Assembly (NCBI GenBank): GCA_902774175.1
Contig: CACYHG010000004.1
Location: forward strand, 6,673 to 70,672
DNA from: an uncultured Bacteroidota bacterium
GTDB lineage: Bacteria > Bacteroidota > Bacteroidia > Bacteroidales > WCHB1-69
Reading direction: 5' to 3'
DNA: 64,000 nucleotides
In this document: in pieces, positions 42,843-53,724 of the stretch
Position numbering within the stretch: the first letter of the stretch is position 1
Layout of the letters: each line of letters opens with the position of its first letter
The notes under the pieces: model-generated
Database searches by the model: none
Told to the model about the DNA's origin: nothing
What the model saw: the letters and a program-made list of their open reading frames with translations, nothing else
Program-made: the position numbers and the translations under genes

Positions 42843-45800
42843 ATGGAAAACAAGACCTACAACAACTTCCGGCAGGACATCAGCCGAATCACCGCCTACT
42901 ACACCTTTCTGGTGCAGGAGACCAAGAACAACCGCATAGTTGGCAGCACCAACGAATGGGTGCTGGACAACTACTACATGATCAGCGAGCAGGAGAAGGT
43001 GCTGAAGGTGGAGCTGAAATCCATCGGAAAAGGTTCCATGAAAATTGGCAGGCAGCGCATCGAACTGCTTTGGAAACAGATTGAGACCTATCTGGACCGC
43101 GACCGTTGCTGCATTGACAAGACCTTGATGTTCAAATATCTGAACGAAATTCAACTTGAACAGAAGGATTATTTCTCCTATCCGGAAGTCTGCGCACTGC
43201 TGCCGCTCGTAAAGGCTGTCCTGATAAACAGGCTGGCAGATTTGTGCAGCCAGCTGGAATCCCGGAAGGCGTACCATTACAACCTCACCGACAAGAGCAA
43301 TGCCGACATGGGGCACCTGAACGAGGTGACGCGGCAGAACCTGTTGATGATGAATATTTTCAACTCCCTGAAAAAGATAACCAAACTGCCGATGGCCGAA
43401 TTCATCGACGCGGTGAGTTTTTCAGAGAGGCTGCTGAAGGCTGAAAAGGCCGGAATGTACGACCAGATGTACGACAAGACAAAGGAGGACTACCGGAACA
43501 GGATCGTATATCTGTGCAAAAAAGGGAAAAAGGAGGAGAATGAGCTTGTAAGGGAACTGGTTGCCACCGCCGACAGCCGTGGCGAACATGTGGGCTGGCA
43601 ACTGTTTCCGCCGAAGAGGTGGAAGGCACGCGCCCGCTGGTACGTATGGATTGTTGTGCTTGCCTCGCTGCTGCTGGCTTTCAGTTTTGCATCGTGGTGC
43701 ACATGGGGTGAAGGGTTCACATGGCTCACCGCCATCCTTACAATACTGATGTGGGTGCCTATGAGCCAGGTGGTCATCGACCTCTTCAACTGGCTTTTGG
43801 GCAAGCTGCACAAGCCACACGGCACCTTCAAGATAAAATTCAAGGACGGGCTGATACCGAAGGAGTACGCCACCATGGTGATCATGCCCACAATTCTTAA
43901 GAACAAGGAGAAGACAATTGAGCTGCTGGAGCAACTGGAGGTCTATTACCTCTCCAATGTCAACCGCGCCTCCGAAGGCAGAAGGCTGGAGAACCGTCCG
44001 CAGAACCTCTATTACACACTTATCGGGGATGCCGCCAGCTACAAGGAGGCCGACGCCCCGTGGGACGATGAGGTGGCTGAAGCCGGACTGGAAAAGGTGC
44101 GGGAACTCAACGAAAAATATGGCGCGCCGATTTTCAACTTTGTTTACCGCAGGCGTTCATGGAGCGACGGGGAGAACACATGGCTCGGACACGAACGCAA
44201 GCGCGGCGCGATACTCCATTTCAACGACCTGCTTCTCGGGAACAGCACCGCTGCGGAGGCGGAAAAGCGTTTTCGCTGCGAGACCATAAGCAGATGGCGG
44301 CAGGGGGCGGTGCCGGACATCCAGTTTGTCATCACCCTTGACACCGACACCGAACTGGTGCTATATTCCGCGCAGAAGCTGATAGGCGCCATGGCGCATC
44401 CGCTCAACCGCGCCAAGCTGAGCGACGACGGACGGCGGGTTGAGAGCGGCTACGGCATCATGCAGCCGCGCGTGAACGTGGATGTGGAGGTCACCAACAA
44501 GAGCCGCTACGCCCAACTCTTCGCCGGATTAGGCGGGCTGGACGTCTATACCACCGCCAGCTTCGAACTGTATCAGGACATCTTCAACGAAGGTACCTTC
44601 TGCGGCAAGGGAATCTATGACCTGAAGGTTTTCCAGCAGGTGCTGAAGGGCACATTCCCCGAAAACCTCATCCTCAGCCACGACCTTATCGAGGGCTGCC
44701 ACATCCGCTGCGGCCTCATCAACGACCTGGAGCTTTTCGACGACAACCCCTCCAACTACATCGACGACGCCAAGCGGCACCACCGCTGGACGCGCGGCGA
44801 CTGGCAGATAATAGGCTGGCTGAAAAACCGCGTGCGCAACGAAAAGGGTGAAAAAGTGAAGAACCAGGTGAACACCATCGGACGCTGGAAAATTTTCGAC
44901 AACCTGCGCCGCTCGGTACTGAGCCTCGCTCTGCTGGTTATACTTTTTGTGGGATTCAGCGGCATCACATGGGCACATGCCGTCTGGTTCCTTGTGGTTG
45001 CGCTTGTCGCCGTGGCATCGCCAATACTTTTCTTCATCATCGGACAAATCACGACACTGCCGCGCTTCGGCAAGCGGTACCGCTACTACATGACGCTGAT
45101 GCGGGGCTTCAAAGTTATAGTCTATCGCTCGATAGTGAAGTTCGCGCTATTGCCGAAAGAGGCCTGGATGTACACAGATGCGGCCATACGCGCCTGCTGG
45201 CGCATGTGGTTCAGCCATAAAAATCTGCTCAACTGGATAACCAGCGACGAGGCCGCCAAGAGCACCAAAGGCACTTTGGGCGACTATATCGGCAAGTTCT
45301 GGTTCAACTATGCGGCTTCACTTGCACTGCTCTTGTGCAAGCTCCAAAGTTATGGCAACATGGCCGATTTTGCGGCAATGCTGTTCTGCCTGCTGTCATG
45401 GTGCGGAGCACCCTTCCTGATGTACTGGCTCGGCAAAAAATTCTCCCATGACAAGAACCGCCTCACCGTAAAGGAGAATGCGGAGGTCAGGCAGATAGCC
45501 AAGGACACATGGCATTTCTTCGACAGCATGATCACCGAGGAGCATAACTGGCTTATCCCCGACAACTACCAGCTTAACCGCGAGAACAAGACCGACTACA
45601 AGACCTCGCCCACCAACATCGGCTATTCGCTCACCGCAACGGTCAGTGCTGCGGAGCTGGGCTTCATAAGCCACAACGAGGCGGCGGACAGGCTGGAGCA
45701 TATCATCGACACCGTCTGCAGGCTTGAGAAATGGAACGGACATCTGTACAACTGGTATGACGTGAAGTCGCTCAAGGCACTGCCCGACTTTTTCATCAGC

Positions 45801-48800
45801 ACCTGCGACAGCGGCAATTTCGTGGCCTGCCTCTATGCCGTGAAGGGATACCTCAACAGCCTGTCCGGCACAGAGAGCGTCAATGCCAAAGGCCTGCTGG
45901 CCAAAGTGCAGCGGCTCATCGACCAGACCGACTTCATGAAGCTGTACAACCCTGAGCTGGATGTGTTCAGCATCGGCTACGACTGCGGCAACTACAAGCT
46001 CCTGCCCTACCATTACAACAATTTCGCCTCCGAGGCGCGGCTCACCAGCTTCCTGACCATCGCGCAGGGCGACGCCCCCTACAAACACTGGTTCTGCCTT
46101 GACAAGACATTAGTCCAGTACAAGGGATACAAAGGGGTCGCCTCCTGGTACGGCACGCTGTTCGAATATTTCATGCCGCTGATTTTCCTGCCCACCTACC
46201 GGCACACCCTGATGGACGAGACCTACAGTTTTGCCATCCGCGCCCAACGCGCCTTCATCCGCAATTCCGGGGCGAAGAACCTGCCATGGGGCATCTCCGA
46301 GACCGCCTACAACGAGATGGACGACGCGCTTAACTACAAATACCACGCTTTCGGGGTGCCATACCTGAAATTCCAGAACACCACCCCCGACCGTATTGTC
46401 ATCTCCCCATACAGCTCGCTGCTGGCCATAAGCGCAAACCCGCGTGCCGTATACGAGAACATCCGCCGTTTCAGGAAACTGGACATGTATGACGATTTCG
46501 GCTTCTATGAAAGCTACGACGATGAGGATCATGTGCATGTGCTGGCACACTACGCCCACCATCAGGGGATGATTCTGGCCTCGCTTGCCAATTATCTGTG
46601 CAACAATTGTATACAGAATTTCTTCATGCAGGAGCCAGCCATGCGTTCCATGGAGACCCTGCTCAAGGAGAAGGCCCAGGTGAAACCTTACATCGACCTC
46701 AAGGTCACACAATACAAACGCTACCAGTATTCAAAGGTCCAGACGGAGAGCGACGCCCGCGATTTCGACAACATTGCCACAGTGCCTGAGATAGGCGTGC
46801 TGAGCAACGGGCTATATACTGTGCTGCTTAATGACCGCGGCAGCGGCTTCTCCCGCTACAAGGAGACCATGCTCGGACGCTACCGCAAGATAAGCGCCGA
46901 CCATTACGGCTCATACCTTTACATCCGCAACCTCAGGAACGACCGGCTCTGGTGCAACACCTACGCCCCTCTCGACGTGATGCCGGAGGGCTACCATGTG
47001 AGCTTCGCCAGCGACAAGATCAGCTTCCTGCGGGTGGACGAGGGGATTGAGACCAAGACTGAAATAACGGTGCTTAAGGAGCGTTCGGCTGAAATCCGCC
47101 GCATCACATTCACCAACAACAGCGGCAGCGATGCCGACCTGGAAATCACCAGCTACGGCGAGGTGGTGCTTGCCACCTGCGCCGAAGACGAGAGCCACCG
47201 CGTCTTCAACGGGATGAAGATCCTTTCCGAATACGACTCCGAGCATGAGGCGCTGCTCTTTGTGAAACCGGCGGCCAACAACACCCGCAACTATCTGCTC
47301 CACAAACTGTGGGTGGCGGACAACGGCAATGATGGCGACAAGGGGGGCTGCTCAAATCTGGTGGAGTATGAGACCTCACGGCTCAAGTTCCTCGGACGCG
47401 GCAACAGCCTGCAGCACGCCGACATAATGGAGAGCCGCCGCACCCTTACAGGCACCGTGGGGACCACCCTCGACCCGATAATGAGCATGCGCCGCCGTCT
47501 CCATATTCCGGAGGGCAAACAGGCGGAAGCCTATATCCTCACCGGTTTCGCCAAATCGCGCGAACAGCTGCTGCAGCTTGCCGGACAGTACCGGAGCCCC
47601 ATCGACATTGAGGACGCATTCCGCACCGCATCGGTATATAACAACATCCGCACCAACATGTCGCTGCTCAAAGGCTCACAGATGCGGCTGTACAACAACA
47701 TCGCCAAATACATGGCCCAGACTGCCGCCCTCGGCAACACACGCCAGCCCATACTCGCCCGCAACACCTTGTCGCAAAGCGGCCTGTGGCGTTTCAGCAT
47801 AAGCGGGGACTTTGCCATACTGCTGCTGGAAATCGACAGCATGGAGCGTTCCGGCTTCGCCAAGGAGCTGCTCAGGGCATTTGAATATTACAAGGTGCAC
47901 GGCCTGATTCTCGACCTTGTAATCATCAACGATGCGCCGCAGAACGAGCGCGAGGGGCTGAAGCATTTCATCCTCGGGATGGCCAACACGGAGCATCTTT
48001 GGGCTCCACACAGCGACAAAGGGCACGTATATGTGATTGACGGGGATGACATCACCGGAGAGGAACGCATACTGCTGCACACGGTTGCGCGGTTGGAATT
48101 CAACACCCGCGACGGAGTGACCATCGAGCAGCAGCTGCAACGCCTTGAAGAGGCCAACCAGCATTATCAGGACAAGGTGGAGCATCCGGTGCTGAAACCG
48201 AAGAAGGAATTCCGCGTATGGAGCGACCTCGAATTCTACAACCAGTACGGCGGTTTCGACAACGACGGGCGCGACTACGTCATCACCAACACCAACACCC
48301 CGATGCCGTGGGTGAACGTGATCGCCAACCGGCACTTCGGATGCGTGGTCAGCTCCACCATGGCCGGATTCACCTTCGCCAACAACGCGCAGCAGTTCAA
48401 GCTCACCAGCTGGAGCAACGACATTGTCCGCGACAATGCCAGTGAAATGCTGCTCATAAACAAAAAACAGTTTGTGCCGGCCACCGCACGGCACAGCCAG
48501 GGCTATTCCGCCTTTGATGCCGAATATGACAGCATGAAGGTTGATGTGCGGCTCTTTGTTGCGCGGGAGCGCATGGAGAAATACTACCAGATAAGGGTCA
48601 CCAACAAAACCGCCGAAACGATGGAGGTGCAGCTCGACATGGTCTACAAACTTGTGCTCGGCATGTGCGAGGAGCGGACCGCACGCTATCTCCATTCCGA
48701 ATGGGATGAAAGTACGAACAGCCTTTATGTGCGGAACGTCTATCATCCCATCTACAGCAACATGGTGGTGCGGCTTACAGCAACCGAACCGCTCACCGGC

Positions 48801-50519
48801 TTCGGGCTGGAATCGCCCAACCGCAAGCGTCTTGGACTGTCCGTCACCGTTCCGGCCAACGGCGAAAGGCAGATGGCCTTTGTCATCAGCTCCTTCGACA
48901 GGAGGGAAGGCAACACCCCATTTGCAGCGCCCACGATAGAGGGCATCAACGCCGAATTTGAAAGGGTCAGGGAATTTTGGGACGAAAAGCTCTCCTGCAT
49001 CCAGGTGGAGACCCCCGACAGAAGCTTCAACCACATGCTGAACCGGTGGTACCTCTACCAGGTATATTCGTCAAGGCTGTATGCCCGCGCCGGATTCTAC
49101 CAGGTGGGTGGGGCGACCGGCTTCCGCGACCAGCTGCAGGATGTGATGTCACTGCTCTACAGCGACCCCGGCTATGCCCGACGGCAGATTCTCGACCACG
49201 CCGCCCACCAGTTTGCTGAAGGCGATGTGCTGCACTGGTGGCACGAGAGCATGAAACTGGGTGCCAGAACCACCTTCAGCGACGACTACCTCTGGTTAGT
49301 GTTTGTGACCTACCAGTACATCACCGTCACCGGCGACACGGCTATACTTTCCGAGACCGTGCCATTCTGCCAGGCCGACCAGCTGGCCCCGAACGAGGCC
49401 GAAAGGGGCATGAACTATTCCGTTCCGGATGGGGATAATGACACACGGTTCGAATATGCCACGCTATACGAGCATCTGCGAAGGGCCGTCAACAGGGCGA
49501 TGTCGCGCAAAGGGGTGCACGGGCTGCCGCTAATGGGCTGCGGGGACTGGAACGACGGCATGAGCGCAGTTGGTGTCAAGGGCAAAGGCGAAAGCGTATG
49601 GGTGGCCTTCTTCCTTGCCGACCTTCTGCCGAAAATGAGGCAACTTACAGAGATGATGCCCGGGGCGGACCTCTCCTATTGCGAGGAGCTGGACATGTAC
49701 CGCACCGCCCTTATCGACGCGCTTCAGAAGAATGCCTGGGACGGCGCATGGTTCCTGCGCGCCTACTACGACAACGGCGACCCGATGGGTTCGCGCAACA
49801 ACACGGAATGCCAGATAGACCTCATCAGCCAGGCCTGGAGCATCCTCACCGATGTGGCCACACCGGAGCAGAAGGAGAGCGTGATGCGCGAGACCGACAG
49901 ACGTCTGGTGAACCGCGAGCATGAGATTATCCAGCTGCTGACCCCCGCCTTCCAGAATTCGCAGCCTTCACCGGGATATATAATGAACTATCCTGTCGGG
50001 GTGCGCGAGAATGGAGGCCAATATACGCACGGAGCCATGTGGTACATCATGGCGCAGCTCAAGGAGGGGCGCAACGACATGGCCTATTTCCTCTATTCGC
50101 TCATCAATCCGGTGCACCGCACGCAGACTCTTGCCGATGTGCTTAAATACAAGGTGGAGCCATACTGCATCGCCGCCGACATCTACAGCAACCCGCAGCA
50201 TCCGGGCCGCGGCGGCTGGACATGGTACACCGGCTCCGCCTCATGGGCCTACAAGACCGGCATAGAGAACATTCTCGGCTTCCACAAGAGCGGCGTACGG
50301 CTGGCCATGGAGCCCTGCACACCGGCCGCATGGCAGTCGTTCGGACTGGACTACCGCTACGGGGAAACGCTGTACCGCATCCGCTGCGAGTTCAAGGGCA
50401 GGGAGGGCGAACCTCCGCGCTTCCGCCAGCTGACGCTCGACGGCGCACCGCTTGACGGCAACAGCCTTACGCTTTGCGACGACGGTAACACGCACATTGC
50501 GGAATGGGTTTTTGAATAG
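42843..50519 (+). CDS. Cyclic beta-1,2-glucan synthase-like giant enzyme (Cgs/NdvB/ChvB family: GT84 domain, TM helices, alpha-helical middle region, GH94-like C-terminal domain)
   Basis: The protein is 2558 aa. The GT84-type blocks are HERKRGAILHFN, FVITLDTDT, FCGKGIYDL, LSHDLIEGC and RHHRWTRGDWQ. TM clusters flank the GT domain. The C-terminal phosphorylase-like blocks are GGFDNDGRDYVI, NTPMPWVNVIAN and GGQYTHGAMWY. Confidence 0.85.
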   Translation: MENKTYNNFRQDISRITAYYTFLVQETKNNRIVGSTNEWVLDNYYMISEQEKVLKVELKSIGKGSMKIGRQRIELLWKQIETYLDRDRCCIDKTLMFKYLNEIQLEQKDYFSYPEVCALLPLVKAVLINRLADLCSQLESRKAYHYNLTDKSNADMGHLNEVTRQNLLMMNIFNSLKKITKLPMAEFIDAVSFSERLLKAEKAGMYDQMYDKTKEDYRNRIVYLCKKGKKEENELVRELVATADSRGEHVGWQLFPPKRWKARARWYVWIVVLASLLLAFSFASWCTWGEGFTWLTAILTILMWVPMSQVVIDLFNWLLGKLHKPHGTFKIKFKDGLIPKEYATMVIMPTILKNKEKTIELLEQLEVYYLSNVNRASEGRRLENRPQNLYYTLIGDAASYKEADAPWDDEVAEAGLEKVRELNEKYGAPIFNFVYRRRSWSDGENTWLGHERKRGAILHFNDLLLGNSTAAEAEKRFRCETISRWRQGAVPDIQFVITLDTDTELVLYSAQKLIGAMAHPLNRAKLSDDGRRVESGYGIMQPRVNVDVEVTNKSRYAQLFAGLGGLDVYTTASFELYQDIFNEGTFCGKGIYDLKVFQQVLKGTFPENLILSHDLIEGCHIRCGLINDLELFDDNPSNYIDDAKRHHRWTRGDWQIIGWLKNRVRNEKGEKVKNQVNTIGRWKIFDNLRRSVLSLALLVILFVGFSGITWAHAVWFLVVALVAVASPILFFIIGQITTLPRFGKRYRYYMTLMRGFKVIVYRSIVKFALLPKEAWMYTDAAIRACWRMWFSHKNLLNWITSDEAAKSTKGTLGDYIGKFWFNYAASLALLLCKLQSYGNMADFAAMLFCLLSWCGAPFLMYWLGKKFSHDKNRLTVKENAEVRQIAKDTWHFFDSMITEEHNWLIPDNYQLNRENKTDYKTSPTNIGYSLTATVSAAELGFISHNEAADRLEHIIDTVCRLEKWNGHLYNWYDVKSLKALPDFFISTCDSGNFVACLYAVKGYLNSLSGTESVNAKGLLAKVQRLIDQTDFMKLYNPELDVFSIGYDCGNYKLLPYHYNNFASEARLTSFLTIAQGDAPYKHWFCLDKTLVQYKGYKGVASWYGTLFEYFMPLIFLPTYRHTLMDETYSFAIRAQRAFIRNSGAKNLPWGISETAYNEMDDALNYKYHAFGVPYLKFQNTTPDRIVISPYSSLLAISANPRAVYENIRRFRKLDMYDDFGFYESYDDEDHVHVLAHYAHHQGMILASLANYLCNNCIQNFFMQEPAMRSMETLLKEKAQVKPYIDLKVTQYKRYQYSKVQTESDARDFDNIATVPEIGVLSNGLYTVLLNDRGSGFSRYKETMLGRYRKISADHYGSYLYIRNLRNDRLWCNTYAPLDVMPEGYHVSFASDKISFLRVDEGIETKTEITVLKERSAEIRRITFTNNSGSDADLEITSYGEVVLATCAEDESHRVFNGMKILSEYDSEHEALLFVKPAANNTRNYLLHKLWVADNGNDGDKGGCSNLVEYETSRLKFLGRGNSLQHADIMESRRTLTGTVGTTLDPIMSMRRRLHIPEGKQAEAYILTGFAKSREQLLQLAGQYRSPIDIEDAFRTASVYNNIRTNMSLLKGSQMRLYNNIAKYMAQTAALGNTRQPILARNTLSQSGLWRFSISGDFAILLLEIDSMERSGFAKELLRAFEYYKVHGLILDLVIINDAPQNEREGLKHFILGMANTEHLWAPHSDKGHVYVIDGDDITGEERILLHTVARLEFNTRDGVTIEQQLQRLEEANQHYQDKVEHPVLKPKKEFRVWSDLEFYNQYGGFDNDGRDYVITNTNTPMPWVNVIANRHFGCVVSSTMAGFTFANNAQQFKLTSWSNDIVRDNASEMLLINKKQFVPATARHSQGYSAFDAEYDSMKVDVRLFVARERMEKYYQIRVTNKTAETMEVQLDMVYKLVLGMCEERTARYLHSEWDESTNSLYVRNVYHPIYSNMVVRLTATEPLTGFGLESPNRKRLGLSVTVPANGERQMAFVISSFDRREGNTPFAAPTIEGINAEFERVREFWDEKLSCIQVETPDRSFNHMLNRWYLYQVYSSRLYARAGFYQVGGATGFRDQLQDVMSLLYSDPGYARRQILDHAAHQFAEGDVLHWWHESMKLGARTTFSDDYLWLVFVTYQYITVTGDTAILSETVPFCQADQLAPNEAERGMNYSVPDGDNDTRFEYATLYEHLRRAVNRAMSRKGVHGLPLMGCGDWNDGMSAVGVKGKGESVWVAFFLADLLPKMRQLTEMMPGADLSYCEELDMYRTALIDALQKNAWDGAWFLRAYYDNGDPMGSRNNTECQIDLISQAWSILTDVATPEQKESVMRETDRRLVNREHEIIQLLTPAFQNSQPSPGYIMNYPVGVRENGGQYTHGAMWYIMAQLKEGRNDMAYFLYSLINPVHRTQTLADVLKYKVEPYCIAADIYSNPQHPGRGGWTWYTGSASWAYKTGIENILGFHKSGVRLAMEPCTPAAWQSFGLDYRYGETLYRIRCEFKGREGEPPRFRQLTLDGAPLDGNSLTLCDDGNTHIAEWVFE

Positions 50520-50571
50520 GATTGCCGTCCGCCCGCGACACCATGACCGTCGGGGAATGGGTGGTGTCTTC

Positions 50572-50599
50572 GTAGAGACGTGGCGCGCCGCGTCTCTAC
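50572..50599. terminator. 28-bp near-perfect palindrome gtagagacgtggcgcgccgcgtctctac between convergent genes (probable bidirectional terminator or REP-like element)
   Basis: 13 of 14 pairs are complementary. It has the same 9-bp outer arms as the palindrome at 32602-32629. It lies 52 nt after the glucan synthase stop. Confidence 0.6.
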
Positions 50600-50663
50600 A
50601 CAAAACGGGAATACAAACCGGTGAAAAAAATGCACAATCCACGGGGATTCCTGTGGGAACAAA

Positions 50664-53324
50664 TCAATTATAAATGATCATCGTGGCCGGTTCCTCTTTC
50701 GCCTCGGAGAACCTGTAGGCAAGGCCTATCAGCAGGCTGCCGGGGATTTTACGGTAAATCGTGGTGGAGGTGTAGACAGGGTTCATATTTATCTGCACCC
50801 ATTCTATTTTGTTGAGGTTAAGCAAATTCGTACCTTGCAGCCAAATTTCCAGACGTTTGAACTTGTAGGTAACTGAAAATCCCAGGTCACAGATGTCAAT
50901 GTCGGCCAAACGGTTAATCAGCAGGGAATAGCCTGCATGAAGGCTGGCCTTCCAATGGTCATCGGCATAACTGCATTTGGCCTTCCCGCTTATATGTTGC
51001 ATACGGTTACTCAATGTAGTGAGTTTGTTATCTGTAAATCCGAAATTTCCGCTTATTTCACCATTTATGCGGCCTTTGTTCCGGGTCACAAGGGACAATC
51101 CCGTGGAGTAATTGTCATACAATGTCGGGACTTTCTCTCCATTGACCTTGCCCTCATTGGCGGAACGGCTGAAACGCCCCGACAGCCTGGCTTCTACCGG
51201 AATGAATTTCAAAGCCTGGCTCACATTCATACTGAGAGAAAAACTTTGCGACTCCCCCTTGTTGTCGTAGAAGGTGATACCAAGCAACCCGTCCTGTTGG
51301 TAATTGGTTGTTGCAAAACATTGTCTGTGCGTATAAGAGGCATTTGCATAAAAACCTGTTCCGGAATGTATGTTCCTGATACGGTAGTTCATGCTTACGT
51401 TGGCCGACTTGCTGAAAGGGTCCGTGATTTCCGATCCGCCGTACATGCTGCTGTAGGACTTGACTATAGTATCGCGCAGCAGCATGGTCAGTCCGATAGG
51501 CGACCTGCCGTTTCTGGCGGTAAGTGAGAGACTGTGTGTGGGTTTGAAATTGAGACTGACGTTTGCCGAGCCGGTCAGGAATGGGGTGATCCCCTCCTCC
51601 ATCCCCATGATGTCGGTCCGCCAATGGTCGGCAATAGCCGACAGCCTCAGCGAGTAATTGAGCAGGCCTCTCCTTTCGCTAAATGAGATGTGGGCGGAAC
51701 AGACATCCTCCTCCAGATTATGGTGCAGTTCCTGATAACTGTAATCGTTACGCCCATGCTCCCATGTCACGGTTGTTTTCATCTTAAGGTTTTTGGTGAC
51801 CGGCAGGGAATAGGTGACATCCGATTTGAGACTGCTCTGCACCTGCTGTATGCCAAGATGCAGGCCGAGGCTGTCGCCCTTGCAAACATATGTTACAGGC
51901 AGCATTGCCGAATCGGTCCACAACTGGTTTTCATCCGTCCGGTTTGTCATCTGGAAAGAGATGTGCGGAGAGAGCAATCCCTTGCCAATCTTGTGGTGGC
52001 AGACCACCTCCTCCTTAAAGGAGAACCTGTCGGTAGTGTCGTCGGAAAAGATGTTCAGTTTCCGCACAAAACCGTAATCGCTTTGTATGTAGTCCGACCG
52101 CGAACCGTTATAGGAGACCTGTGTGAGAGAGGTGAACTCCCATTTTTTGCTTGGCTGGTAAAAAATCCTGACATGTCCGTCGAAAAGGCGACCGCTGTTT
52201 GTCTGTTCGAGGCTGTGGTAGTTGGTGGCCCCTGTGGCGGCGTAAAGCTGTTCGGAGAATTTTTCCGACTTTGTCAGGGAGGCGTTGCCGATGAAGCGGC
52301 TCTTGACGTTGAATTTTTTCGAGTGATGGTAGCTGACATCCAAAGAGAGCATCCCCTTGTCCGCCTGGTAAACGTTTGTCGCGGGTGATGAGAGGCTCAT
52401 CAAATCTTCGTCAGCGGAGGAAAAAGAGACAAAGTCGTTAGAGCTAAGCGAATTGTCCAGTTGATAAAAAGCCATTGAGGCCCCGCTTGTAACTCCTTTG
52501 TCCAGATTGTTGGCGGAGATGTTGGCGGAGACGGACCACTTGCCGCCGGTGTGCAGCATGTTGCCGGAAACATCATAGGCGTTTGTGATGCCGGCCAACA
52601 TCCGGACATTTCCGCTTGTCCGCCCCTTCCCGTCGGTTTTGATGTTGAGGGCGGTCTGGTCCCCATCCCTGAATTCCTCGGCCAAGCTGCCGTCATTGTA
52701 TTTTGTCAGCAGCTCCGCCCCCTTCACCGCATCGGCGGACAGGTTGTTCATCAGCACCTGACCGTTATTGATGAAAATCTCCTTGCCGTCCAGCAGCACC
52801 TTGTCCACCTTTTTCCCCGCATAGGTGACATCGCCGCCCTCGGAAACCTCCACGCCGGGAATCTTGCCTATCAGCTCGCCTGCCGTCTCCTCCGTGCCGT
52901 TTTTGAAATAGTCGGTGCTGAATTTCACCGTGTCCCCAGCCACACTTATGCCGTAGAAACTGCTTTTGACCGTCACCTCCTTCAGGGATTTTATGTCCTC
53001 CTCCAGATAAAAGGTGAAAGAGTGCCGCTTCGGATCAAGCTCCTTCCGCTGCTCCTTGAATCCGACACAGCGGACAACCGCCCAGTTGCCCTTCTCCACT
53101 TTAGTGCTCATTTTAAAACACCCGTCATTGTCGGTGATGGCGTATGCCTTGGGTGTCCCACCGGTGATGTCAGTGTTATATAGCAACACGGTGGCGTAAG
53201 GGACAGGCTTTTTCTGCCTGTCCGTGACCTTCCCGGTGATTTGTGCGGATGCGTTCCCCGCAAAAAACAATGCGAGAACCGCCGCCAGAACTATTCTATA
53301 TACTGTATTTACCAGTTTTCCCAT
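50664..53324 (-). CDS. TonB-dependent-receptor-like outer-membrane beta-barrel protein (CarboxypepD_reg + plug + OMP_b-brl_3 type)
   Basis: The signal peptide is MGKLVNTVYRIVLAAVLALFFAGNASAQ (ATG 53324). ITGKVTDRQKKPVPYATVLL is the CarboxypepD_reg segment. The plug-like segment is AGELIGKIPGVEVSEGGDVTYAGKKV. A long beta-rich region ends in ...GLAYRF. Confidence 0.75.
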   Translation of the reverse strand: MGKLVNTVYRIVLAAVLALFFAGNASAQITGKVTDRQKKPVPYATVLLYNTDITGGTPKAYAITDNDGCFKMSTKVEKGNWAVVRCVGFKEQRKELDPKRHSFTFYLEEDIKSLKEVTVKSSFYGISVAGDTVKFSTDYFKNGTEETAGELIGKIPGVEVSEGGDVTYAGKKVDKVLLDGKEIFINNGQVLMNNLSADAVKGAELLTKYNDGSLAEEFRDGDQTALNIKTDGKGRTSGNVRMLAGITNAYDVSGNMLHTGGKWSVSANISANNLDKGVTSGASMAFYQLDNSLSSNDFVSFSSADEDLMSLSSPATNVYQADKGMLSLDVSYHHSKKFNVKSRFIGNASLTKSEKFSEQLYAATGATNYHSLEQTNSGRLFDGHVRIFYQPSKKWEFTSLTQVSYNGSRSDYIQSDYGFVRKLNIFSDDTTDRFSFKEEVVCHHKIGKGLLSPHISFQMTNRTDENQLWTDSAMLPVTYVCKGDSLGLHLGIQQVQSSLKSDVTYSLPVTKNLKMKTTVTWEHGRNDYSYQELHHNLEEDVCSAHISFSERRGLLNYSLRLSAIADHWRTDIMGMEEGITPFLTGSANVSLNFKPTHSLSLTARNGRSPIGLTMLLRDTIVKSYSSMYGGSEITDPFSKSANVSMNYRIRNIHSGTGFYANASYTHRQCFATTNYQQDGLLGITFYDNKGESQSFSLSMNVSQALKFIPVEARLSGRFSRSANEGKVNGEKVPTLYDNYSTGLSLVTRNKGRINGEISGNFGFTDNKLTTLSNRMQHISGKAKCSYADDHWKASLHAGYSLLINRLADIDICDLGFSVTYKFKRLEIWLQGTNLLNLNKIEWVQINMNPVYTSTTIYRKIPGSLLIGLAYRFSEAKEEPATMIIYN

Positions 53325-53623
53325 GTGATTTCCATACCGTACAACAATGAAACGTTCCAGCACCACGGAATATTACAGGATGCGAAAAAAATTTTCCAGC
53401 CGCGTCTGGAACCTTATTTTGGGATGAAAAATGCGTGTTTTTTTGGAAAATAGTTCCATAATATGGCGGAGAGATGGCATCATTTTCCACCGTTCTTGGT
53501 GAAAAACAGCCTTAGAACAAGACAGACGTGTTTAACAATAAATTATAATACAGGCGATTATAAACCCAAAGCAGGATTCACAGATTTTTTTTCAAAAACA
53601 AAAAAAGCTATCTGGAAAAGTAG

Positions 53624-53631
53624 TACTTTTG
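53624..53631 (+). promoter_or_regulatory. Candidate -7 box TACTTTTG for rplM-rpsI
   Basis: It matches TAnnTTTG and lies 94 nt upstream of ATG 53725. Confidence 0.45.
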
Positions 53632-53724
53632 CACGCTTAAAAGTCCGTGTTTATTATCCACAAACAAAGAAGGTGAAATATTTGTTTGAACATTAATTAA
53701 AGAAAGTTAAAACTAAAAAAAGAG

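Noticed and set aside
43422-49034. Numerous minus-strand ORFs (up to 452 aa) inside the glucan synthase gene
   Set aside because: These are antisense shadows in a GC-rich coding region, with no motifs. The plus-strand frame is continuous for 2558 codons and carries family signatures.
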